From contig CAZWHC010000001.1 of assembly GCA_964633505.1 (NCBI GenBank), positions 596,015 to 660,014 on the forward strand: a DNA stretch of 64,000 nt, written 5' to 3'. Every line of letters starts with the position of its first letter. Positions within the stretch are counted from its first letter, which is position 1. This document shows positions 37,178 through 44,700 of this stretch, one piece after another. The position numbers and the translations under genes were made by a program. This DNA comes from an uncultured Rikenellaceae bacterium (GTDB taxonomy: Bacteria > Bacteroidota > Bacteroidia > Bacteroidales > VadinHA17). The notes beneath the pieces are model-generated. The model was given only the letters and a program-made list of their open reading frames with translations, was not told the DNA's origin and ran no database searches.

Positions 37178-38362
37178 CTATTTTAAACTTACCAGTACCA
37201 GAACAGGATTATCTGTGGCTTTCAAGCTATTTGCCAGCCTTTCAAGTTCTTTTTTCTTCTCGAGGTATTTTGGTGTTGAATTCTTAAATGCATCAGTTGC
37301 AACATAGGTTTTAAGTGAAAGCGCTTCAATCCATGTGACAAATGTGTTGTCATTTTTTATGGTTTTTGGCAAAATATTGGGTCCTCCATCCAAATCATTA
37401 ATTATTCCCTTTTCTGAAGAAAATAACATTCCTGATATATTCTTTTTGGAACTGATAAATGTTAAACCTTCTTCATCTTTCCCATTAATAGAATATATAA
37501 ATTCATAAAATACATATTCTTTGGTTTCAAATAAATTCATAGGTGTAATAAAGTGTTTGGCTAAAAAATTTGCCGTAGATGTATTCCTTGCGTTTGGTGT
37601 TAGTCGAAGGTTACCTACATCAATAATTAAATAAGGTTTAAAGGTCCTATTTGAGAAAAGAAATACGGTATCGCAATATATTTCTTTCTTTAATAGCTGG
37701 TTGTTGAAACGATAGAAAATATTCTCATACGGATAAGTTAATGAGGGTTTTGCAATTTTTTCCCATTTATATCTGTTTGGAAAAGACTTGATATTTTTTC
37801 CGGTTGTATCGATAAAATTGTAGCTATTTTCTACATTAGCCGCATTATTTTCATTATAGCATAGTATTCCATCATTTGTTATTTTGAACTGAACAGCCCC
37901 AATTAGTGGGCTCTTAAAGGTTCTCATAAGTTTACCACCTTTATTATATACCAGGAACTTTCTCAACCATCCATCAACTATATAAATCGATTCATTTTGT
38001 GGATTAATATCAATATCATGAGCCGTTGTAATTTCACCTGGCCCCCTGCCTTCACTTCCAATTTTGGATACAAATGAACCATCATATAAGAACATATTGA
38101 TTTCAGTAGAATTATTGTTTGTTAAGAAATAACTTCTGCTAAAAACTACCTTTCTAATCCGTGAAATAATACTTTGATCCGAAGTTTCCAATGGGATATA
38201 CCGAATATCGATTGCACCCAAATCAGATAATTTTACATCAACCTTTTTAGGTAATTTTCTTAAATCAATTTTTATAGGTTGACATTCTGTAGTTAAGGAC
38301 AAAATCAGCCAATTTATTAATAGCGTTACCAACAGAATTCTGATTCTTAATAAAGTAAGCAT
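37178..38362 (-). CDS. secreted 6-bladed beta-propeller family protein (paralog 3)
   Basis: Motifs 'IRYIPLET' and 'GRGPGE' with tail 'ATDNPVLVLVSLK'. Its stop is 8 bp before the ABC transporter start. Confidence 0.7.
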   Translation of the reverse strand: MLTLLRIRILLVTLLINWLILSLTTECQPIKIDLRKLPKKVDVKLSDLGAIDIRYIPLETSDQSIISRIRKVVFSRSYFLTNNNSTEINMFLYDGSFVSKIGSEGRGPGEITTAHDIDINPQNESIYIVDGWLRKFLVYNKGGKLMRTFKSPLIGAVQFKITNDGILCYNENNAANVENSYNFIDTTGKNIKSFPNRYKWEKIAKPSLTYPYENIFYRFNNQLLKKEIYCDTVFLFSNRTFKPYLIIDVGNLRLTPNARNTSTANFLAKHFITPMNLFETKEYVFYEFIYSINGKDEEGLTFISSKKNISGMLFSSEKGIINDLDGGPNILPKTIKNDNTFVTWIEALSLKTYVATDAFKNSTPKYLEKKKELERLANSLKATDNPVLVLVSLK

Positions 38363-38461
38363 AGGCTTTGTTTTATAATGTTGAGAATAAGTCTTGTTTT
38401 TAGGATTATTTTAATAAAATGATCTTTAGGTTTATCATATTTCATTCTCACTTTTTACTTA

Positions 38462-39922
38462 GTCGATCCTTAGAAAATCAGAATTTATAATATTCTAACT
38501 GGATCTGATATTTCCAGACCAGTTTTTCAATAATTTCATTTAAGACACAGATAACCGATTCACGGATTTTCTGTAGCATCTTCATCATATTGAATGCTGC
38601 TCCAGCCAGAAGCGTGTTAATCATGTCACCTTCAACACCTTTGAGATAATTTCTGAGCATCCGGTGATCTTGTTTGATATGTCCAATGATTGGTTCTATC
38701 GATGCTCTTCTTCGGAACCGTTCTCTATCCATGGCTTTTTGATAAGCGGTTCTGCCTTTCCCAGAGCCTGGTATTTTTATATTGACTCCAAGAATGCTCT
38801 TTCGTCCCTTGCAACCTCTATCTACCAATGCTGTTTCAGGTAATTTGCCAATGAGATCTTCAACCTGCATAAGCTGAGGTTCAATAGCATGTCCGTCATA
38901 AATATTATCTTCAAATGCCAGAGCTCCAACCACTATTCCACTCTTTTTGGTCAAAGCAAAACAGCTTTTGTTCCCGAACTCGTATTTCTTATGTTCTTTA
39001 CCTTTTGAGATGCATTTTACTTCAGGTGCATGGAAGCTGTACAATTTATTTTTATCGTTCCTTTTCTGCCCCAGTACAAGAAGGTATAGCCACAACTGTT
39101 CATCATAACATGTTAACCTGTCACGCTCATCAAGATTACGTTCAACATCTCTCACCAGACGACCGGCAATGGTTTTAAGCTTTCGGGCTGCAGCATTTGC
39201 TTTCTTCATCCTTTTCGGATGTTCCCGGAACCTCTGGTCGATCATTAACTGTTTTACTATCCGGGTATAACGTTGGCGCAGCTTTATGTTCTCTTTTTCA
39301 GCTATTTTCAGGCATCCTTCTATTATCTTTCTATGAAGCTTAGAGTCGGTCGGGAATGTTATGTTTTTCTCCTGGACAGTGGTGTCAATCAGGATTTCTT
39401 TCTCATGGACTTCTTTGGATTCGAAGAGGCTTATGCTGAGTTTTAATATTTTCTGTGCTCCTTCTTCACCGATACGTTTACGGAAGTGTACAAAATCACT
39501 CGGATCATACGGCTTATCATATTGAAAGTAAACTTCTCCACATAAGTATTGCCAATACGGATTTTCAATCCATCGTTCAACAAATGTTTCATCTCCAAGA
39601 TTATACATCTGCTTCAGCAACATACTGCCAACCATCTTTCTTATTGGAACCGCTGGTCTTCCAAGCTCTGGGTAATAAACTGAGAACTCTTTCTCCACTT
39701 TTTCCCAGTCAATTTTCTGAGCCAGAATGACAAGTTCATGCTCCATATTGATGATATTTACTAAGGGAATGCGAAAGACATTCAGTTGCGGATTTCTTGG
39801 AATTTTTCCTTTCATTTTGCAAGGTTTTTATCGAATTTACTGATTACCTTGCAGATAATCAAAATATTTTATGAACATTAATTGTTAATAATCAACACGT
39901 TAACCACTTTTTAAGGATCGAC
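38462..39922 (-). mobile_element. IS5-family insertion sequence (1461 bp)
   Basis: Imperfect terminal inverted repeats GTCGATCCTTA(G/A)AAA. The direct repeat TACTTA lies at 38456-38461 and 39923-39928. There is a single transposase ORF. Confidence 0.85.
38478..39815 (-). CDS. IS5-family DDE transposase
   Basis: 445 aa. The N-terminal InsH/DUF772-like region ('ELGRPAVPIRKMVGSMLLKQMYNLGDE') and the C-terminal 'RASIEPIIGHIK' are typical of IS5/IS4-superfamily transposases. Confidence 0.85.
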   Translation of the reverse strand: MKGKIPRNPQLNVFRIPLVNIINMEHELVILAQKIDWEKVEKEFSVYYPELGRPAVPIRKMVGSMLLKQMYNLGDETFVERWIENPYWQYLCGEVYFQYDKPYDPSDFVHFRKRIGEEGAQKILKLSISLFESKEVHEKEILIDTTVQEKNITFPTDSKLHRKIIEGCLKIAEKENIKLRQRYTRIVKQLMIDQRFREHPKRMKKANAAARKLKTIAGRLVRDVERNLDERDRLTCYDEQLWLYLLVLGQKRNDKNKLYSFHAPEVKCISKGKEHKKYEFGNKSCFALTKKSGIVVGALAFEDNIYDGHAIEPQLMQVEDLIGKLPETALVDRGCKGRKSILGVNIKIPGSGKGRTAYQKAMDRERFRRRASIEPIIGHIKQDHRMLRNYLKGVEGDMINTLLAGAAFNMMKMLQKIRESVICVLNEIIEKLVWKYQIQLEYYKF

Positions 39923-39994
39923 TACTTAGCCAAAGAGAAAATGGATCATGAATTTCTCATTCGATATTTGACTTAGAGTCATTTATTTAAATCT

Positions 39995-40025
39995 AAGAGG
40001 CTAAATATTATGGATTTAGCCTCTT
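39995..40025 (-). terminator. hairpin downstream of precursor 1 (attenuator/terminator)
   Basis: Perfect 12-bp stem AAGAGGCTAAAT/ATTTAGCCTCTT with a 7-nt loop. Confidence 0.55.
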
Positions 40026-40096
40026 TTTGTACATAGTTAAATCATTACAGAATCAATCCTGTTTGAGTGTATTATCTTAAATTCAAGATAATATTT

Positions 40097-40306
40097 TCAA
40101 ATAATGCATTGCCATACACCCCAACCACCCCATTTATTATAACAATCAGTATTACAATCGTATGGGGTTGATTGAATATACTCTGTTCCTCCTCCTACAA
40201 TATGGCATTCACAACATGTAGAATCATATCCTCCTTTTAAGGTAACTAATTCTTCATGGTTCATTAATTTTTCAGAATTGATCTGCAATTTATTAAGCTT
40301 TTTCAT
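40097..40306 (-). CDS. double-glycine-leader, Cys-rich precursor peptide 1
   Basis: 69 aa. The 26-aa leader is 'MKKLNKLQINSEKLMNHEELVTLKGG'. The 43-aa core has 6 Cys and starts 'YD'. Confidence 0.85.
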   Translation of the reverse strand: MKKLNKLQINSEKLMNHEELVTLKGGYDSTCCECHIVGGGTEYIQSTPYDCNTDCYNKWGGWGVWQCII

Positions 40307-40347
40307 GATATCACATTTTTAAATCTAAGAAACTGTTTACAATATTC

Positions 40348-40487
40348 CTGATTTATCATTTCACAGGCCGCAACCGGAATTACGGATAATTATTATCTTC
40401 GCATGGGTAAACCCCCTTTCTTTTTTGGAAAGGTCTGGGCAGGGACTTGTTAATCACAAATAAAGAACATAATGAAAGTCCCTGCCA
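40348..40487 (-). promoter_or_regulatory. conserved structured 5' leader element, copy 1
   Basis: Box TGATTTATCATTTCACAGG, then ACCCATGCGAAGATAATAAT, then hairpin 1 CCTTTC/GAAAGG, then hairpin 2 GGCAGGGACTT/AAGTCCCTGCC (40438-40448 with 40476-40486). Confidence 0.6.
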
Positions 40488-40580
40488 TTTCCTTAAATCT
40501 TAACATCATTAGTAATTTTACAATTTTCAAAGACTTGTTATCTGTTATTGTTGCAATGGTAGTTCACTTATTTACCTGTT

Positions 40581-41867
40581 TTAATTATGCTTGTTGCTTC
40601 TTTCAAATAATCCTTTTATTGCACTCTGTTTTAAGGTAATTTTCATTATTATTGGATTACTGAATTCTGTGATAGAACTTAAGACCGATTCCATGGAACG
40701 TAAATATTCAGAAGAGTTTTTATTTTTTTCAGTTGCTCTACTGTAAGCCTCTTTAAAATTTTTAGCTTCTATCACTGAATAGAGGCACTCATCGGAATAG
40801 AAAATATAACCTTCAGATTTATTGAATACAGGAAAATCAACAAGATGGTCAAGATCATTTTTCAGGTAAACCTGACTTCCATAAGAATTAAAATCAGGGA
40901 TGGTTGACAATTCAACTTTACGAGACCCTTTGTCGTATATTACAAATATTTTAGGTCTTTTATATGAACTAAGTATTAGAAATAAAAAGTCTTTTGATTC
41001 GGCAAGTGAATGAACCCAGAATCCTTCAGGAGGTCCTGCTCCAATGTTAAACATTCCTTTATCTCTCCATGTTTCCCATTCAAGTTTGTGAGCTATATTT
41101 AAAATAAACCTTGGCCTGACTTCCAACTTCCTGTTAAGAATAAATACAGTATCACAGAATCTCTCTTTGAACATTAAGGCTGTATCAAATACCTGGTAAC
41201 AGTAATCCCATGAAATAATAGATGGCTGTTTTGATTTTTGATCGTTTGTGTATTGATATTTATTCTTAAATATTGGAATTATTGAATCTGTTTTTAAATT
41301 GAATAATGAATATATATGTTCTACTCCTGGTCTTTGAGGTAATGCAACAAAAAGGTTATTTTCAAAATATTCAATTTTCCAGGGGGGAAGAGATTCAACG
41401 GGATTTATCAGTTCTTTTATTACAGATAAATAGTCGCCATTGGTTTTATAGATTTTAATTGTCTTGTCCCTGTCAAACACAAATACCCTTTTATTCTCTT
41501 CATCAATTGCAGAACAAACAGGAAGAGTTTCGCCTGGTCCACGGCCTGCACTATAGACTACATTGATAAACTTTCCGTTGGTGCTAAATCTGAGTAAGTC
41601 GAGCCCGTTTTCAATATAAATAAAATCGTTTGTTATTTTGAAATGATATATATAGTCAAGCAAAATACTGTCAGTTGTTTGTAAAGGGATATATTCAATC
41701 TTGATGGCAATCTTCGATAGCCGGATAGAGTCTGTCCCAGCTTTATCAGAATCAACGAAAATAGTCATCGGGAACACATCTTTTAAATTTGAATTTATTT
41801 CCTTACAGGAATTGAAACCAAGACACAGATAAATTGCCAAAGAATAAGTTATTATCTTAGTTTTCAT
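40581..41867 (-). CDS. lipoprotein, 6-bladed beta-propeller family (paralog 4)
   Basis: Lipobox 'GFNSC'. Motifs 'IEYIPLQT' and 'GRGPGE'. The tail is 'EFSNPIIMKITLK' plus an 18-aa extension. Confidence 0.7.
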   Translation of the reverse strand: MKTKIITYSLAIYLCLGFNSCKEINSNLKDVFPMTIFVDSDKAGTDSIRLSKIAIKIEYIPLQTTDSILLDYIYHFKITNDFIYIENGLDLLRFSTNGKFINVVYSAGRGPGETLPVCSAIDEENKRVFVFDRDKTIKIYKTNGDYLSVIKELINPVESLPPWKIEYFENNLFVALPQRPGVEHIYSLFNLKTDSIIPIFKNKYQYTNDQKSKQPSIISWDYCYQVFDTALMFKERFCDTVFILNRKLEVRPRFILNIAHKLEWETWRDKGMFNIGAGPPEGFWVHSLAESKDFLFLILSSYKRPKIFVIYDKGSRKVELSTIPDFNSYGSQVYLKNDLDHLVDFPVFNKSEGYIFYSDECLYSVIEAKNFKEAYSRATEKNKNSSEYLRSMESVLSSITEFSNPIIMKITLKQSAIKGLFERSNKHN

Positions 41868-41914
41868 GAAGACTTTTGTATTAAACTTACATATTTTAAA
41901 TGTACATTATGTAA

Positions 41915-41943
41915 AATGCTGCAGTTTCTTCAACTGCAGCATT
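41915..41943 (-). terminator. hairpin downstream of precursor 2 (attenuator/terminator)
   Basis: Perfect 12-bp stem AATGCTGCAGTT/AACTGCAGCATT with a 5-nt loop, between the peptide stop (41963) and the propeller start (41867). Confidence 0.55.
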
Positions 41944-41962
41944 ATTAATAGCTATAATTCTA

Positions 41963-42160
41963 TCACGGACTTGTACATATTTTACTTTCCGGAAAGCCGG
42001 GAACATCACTGCAACGTTGGCAAGGGAAATAACATTGAGACTCTAATGTGCAAAAATATCCACATGGTGGATCATAATCATACCCTCCTCTTAACTGTAT
42101 CAATTCTCTTTCGTTTAATGAAATTCCAGATATAAGTTTTATTTTATTAAGTTTCTTCAT
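41963..42160 (-). CDS. double-glycine-leader, Cys-rich precursor peptide 2
   Basis: 65 aa. The 26-aa leader is 'MKKLNKIKLISGISLNERELIQLRGG'. The 39-aa core has 6 Cys and starts 'YD'. Confidence 0.85.
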   Translation of the reverse strand: MKKLNKIKLISGISLNERELIQLRGGYDYDPPCGYFCTLESQCYFPCQRCSDVPGFPESKICTSP

Positions 42161-42197
42161 AATAAGTAAGATTTATTTCGATAACTAATAAGTTCAT

Positions 42198-42373
42198 CTG
42201 ATTTATCATTTCACAGGCTGAAACCGTAGTTTCAGAAAATTATTACCTTCGCATGGGTATACCTCCTTTCTGTTATAGAAAGGTCCGGGCAGGAAGTGGC
42301 ACAGAGCTCAGGGTTCCCACCTTCACTAGGGTTCCGGTGGGCGAGGCAGAGCAAAGGGAAAAACTTCCTGCCC
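42198..42373 (-). promoter_or_regulatory. conserved structured 5' leader element, copy 2
   Basis: Same boxes as copy 1. Hairpin 1 is CCTTTCT/AGAAAGG (42265-42283). Hairpin 2 is GGGCAGGAAGT/ACTTCCTGCCC (42287-42297 with 42363-42373). Confidence 0.6.
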
Positions 42374-42433
42374 TTCTCTTTCAAATTTATTAAAAATGAA
42401 TCTTATAATACTAAAGAACTTACTTATTGTTAA

Positions 42434-42757
42434 TTAATTAACAGCATTTACTTTAAAACTTACTTCCTCTTTCCCTTTAAAAATCTCTCTGAAATTCCTT
42501 AAATCGTCAATTTCATATTGGGCCGGGAGTTTGTAACCGTTAATGAAAAAAGTGGGAGTGCCGAGAACATTGCACTCTTTAAAAAGACGTCCGGTTTCGT
42601 CACTGATTCTGCCTGAGCTATCACTTTCCTCAGGAATACATAGGCCTTCTGTGATCTTTGTCCTGGAATAGGGATCCGCGTTAAACCATTGCTCCAGTAA
42701 TTCTGATGACTCCGCTTCTCTACCTTGTCTGTAACAGTTAAAAAGGATTGTGAGCAT
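42434..42757 (-). pseudogene. 3' fragment of a VKOR/thioredoxin-fusion paralog (thioredoxin C-terminal part only)
   Basis: The 107-aa ORF aligns along its whole length to the last ~107 aa of 44701..46326 ('LEQWFNADPYSRTKITEGLCIPE', 'GTPTFFINGYKLPAQYEIDDLR'). The CxxC motif and everything upstream are missing. Confidence 0.8.
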
Positions 42758-42789
42758 TTTGTTATATGATGAAAGTAGAACAAGATTTA

Positions 42790-42906
42790 TAAATATTTAA
42801 TCCATTTCATTGCATGGTTGATAGACCATAAAACATGGCAATCCTGAATAGGTAGTATAACGGACCACAGTCCATGTAATCGAGCTGTTTGATCAAATTC
42901 GTACAT
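42790..42906 (-). pseudogene. frameshifted remnant of a C39-ABC transporter 5' end
   Basis: The minus strand reads 'MYEF' and then, in the +1 frame, 'KQLDYMDCGPLYYLFRIAMFYG'. Compare 'MPEFPLFRQLDSMDCGPSCLRMVAKYYG' of 34803..37169. Confidence 0.65.
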
Positions 42907-42911
42907 GATTA

Positions 42912-44111
42912 CTATTTTTTCAAACTTACAAGCACCAAAATCGGATTATCCGTCTCTTTTATACTATCTGCCAGAACTTCAAGCTCTTTTTTCTTTTCTA
43001 TGTATTTAGGTTGGGAGTTCTTAAAATCTTCAGAAGCTACATATTCTTTTAGATTTTTTGCATCAATCCAACTGATAACAGTTTTGTTATCTTTAATTGT
43101 TTTAGGTAAAAAGGAAGGCCCACCATCCAAGTCATTAATTATACCCTGGTCCGCATCAATAAAAGCCTGAAATTCTGTTGTTTTAGATCCAATAAATCCA
43201 TATAGTATATTTTTGGTTCCAGGTTTAAAACTATAGGTGTATTCATAATAGACAAAATCACCAAATTCGAACAAGTGTGTTGGCCGGATGAAATTTTCCG
43301 CGAGGTAGGATAAATCAAACTGTGCACGCGCTTCGGGAGTTATCAATCTGTCCCCGGTCGCCAGGACAATGTGAGGTTTAAATAGCATTTTGTCAAAGCT
43401 ATAAATAGTATCAGAGTAGACTTCCTTTATAAAAAGTCTGTTATTAAATTTATAAAATAGATTCTCTCTACCGAACACTGTCGGAATCCCTTTATAGGGT
43501 TTAAAAGGATAGTTGTTTGGGAAAGCTTTTAGCACCAGCCCAAGAGTGTCAATTACAATAAAGCTATTTTCAGAGTTGCCCTGAAGATTCTCGATGTAAC
43601 ATATTATTTTTTCTTCTGATAATCTGAATTGAACAGGTCCCTTGAATGGAAACTTAAATGACCTGATGAATTTCCCGTCCTCTGAATAAAGATTAAATTT
43701 TTCCTGAAAGCCTGAAACCAAATACAGATAACCTGTTTTGTCAACATCTATATCATGAGCTACTTCATATTCCTCAGGTCCTCTCCCTACTGTTCCTATC
43801 CTCGAAACGAACGATCCATCAGTTTGAAATAGCAGAATATCATTAAACTGTTTAATTATAAAGAAGTTATTATCAGCAATAAACCGGTGTGTAACTGCTC
43901 TGATATCAAAATGTCCAATCGAATTTTCTTCGCATGTCTCCAAAGGAATATATTCAATATCAATAAAACCCAAATCAGAGAGCTTTAAAGAGGAAATGTC
44001 GGCCCTCTTTGTCAAATCAAATGTTTTAATTTGACTTTGGTCCAACCTAATAGAATTTTGGCAACTTTCTATAATTGCAAAAACTATAAGAAATCTTATG
44101 ATAAGTTTCAT
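42912..44111 (-). CDS. lipoprotein, 6-bladed beta-propeller family (paralog 5)
   Basis: Lipobox-like 'IIESC'. Motifs 'IEYIPLET' and 'GRGPEEY' with tail 'ETDNPILVLVSLKK'. Confidence 0.7.
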   Translation of the reverse strand: MKLIIRFLIVFAIIESCQNSIRLDQSQIKTFDLTKRADISSLKLSDLGFIDIEYIPLETCEENSIGHFDIRAVTHRFIADNNFFIIKQFNDILLFQTDGSFVSRIGTVGRGPEEYEVAHDIDVDKTGYLYLVSGFQEKFNLYSEDGKFIRSFKFPFKGPVQFRLSEEKIICYIENLQGNSENSFIVIDTLGLVLKAFPNNYPFKPYKGIPTVFGRENLFYKFNNRLFIKEVYSDTIYSFDKMLFKPHIVLATGDRLITPEARAQFDLSYLAENFIRPTHLFEFGDFVYYEYTYSFKPGTKNILYGFIGSKTTEFQAFIDADQGIINDLDGGPSFLPKTIKDNKTVISWIDAKNLKEYVASEDFKNSQPKYIEKKKELEVLADSIKETDNPILVLVSLKK

Positions 44112-44164
44112 TTAAATGATTTTTGGTCTGATAAAGCACAGTTTGTATTTCACTTAAGAATTAA

Positions 44165-44186
44165 GAAGGGAACCAAAGTTCCCTTC
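44165..44186 (-). terminator. hairpin downstream of precursor 3 (attenuator/terminator)
   Basis: Perfect 9-bp stem GAAGGGAAC/GTTCCCTTC with a 4-nt loop, between the peptide stop (44200) and the propeller start (44111). Confidence 0.5.
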
Positions 44187-44199
44187 GTTAGATCGTTTG

Positions 44200-44427
44200 T
44201 TAGCCGACACAGATCTCCTCATTATGATTTGGGCAGTAATAATCACAGAACTGCTGACAACTACCATACCCTGTGCCATAACAAGTATCTACCATGCTCG
44301 AAGTGCAGGTACTTCCGTCTATCTTACATGCACAATATCCTCCATCATATCCACCTCTAAGAGTCATCAGCTCTTCCGCTTTTAATAGCTTCTCATAATT
44401 GATCTGAAGTCTGTTTAATTTTTTCAT
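44200..44427 (-). CDS. double-glycine-leader, Cys-rich precursor peptide 3
   Basis: The start is taken at the internal 'MKKLNRLQINYEKLLKAEELMTLRGG' (26-aa leader). The track ORF extends to 44478. The 49-aa core has 8 Cys and starts 'YD'. Confidence 0.8.
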   Translation of the reverse strand: MKKLNRLQINYEKLLKAEELMTLRGGYDGGYCACKIDGSTCTSSMVDTCYGTGYGSCQQFCDYYCPNHNEEICVG

Positions 44428-44502
44428 AATAAAACATTTTAAGGTTTTTACAATCATAAATCCTTTGCAGCTCGCCAAGCTGAATAAATTATAAATATCA
44501 TT

Positions 44503-44640
44503 GGCGTTTACCTCCTTTCTGTTATAGAAAGGTCCAGGCCATTAGCGCAGGGCAAGGGGCGAAGGGCGTAGGACATGATCGTAATTTGGGTTGTTCCGCT
44601 CCCAGCCCCAAGCTCCCTGCTCCCTGCTTTTAAGCTGACC
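44503..44640 (-). promoter_or_regulatory. conserved structured 5' leader element, copy 3 (partly diverged)
   Basis: Hairpin 1 is identical to copy 2 (ACCTCCTTTCTGTTATAGAAAGGTCC). The second hairpin is replaced by GC-rich words (GCAGGGCAAGGGG...CCCCAAGCTCCCTGC). Confidence 0.5.
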
Positions 44641-44700
44641 TTCTCTTTCAAATTTATTAGAAATGAATTCATTAATACTAAAGAATTTATTTATTGTTAA

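Noticed and set aside
42262-42272. ACCTCCTTTCT, identical to the 3' end of 16S rRNA, raising the possibility of an rRNA gene remnant
   Set aside because: Only 11 nt match, with no flanking 16S-like sequence. It is better interpreted, on the opposite strand, as an SD-like AGAAAGGAGGT within the conserved leader element.
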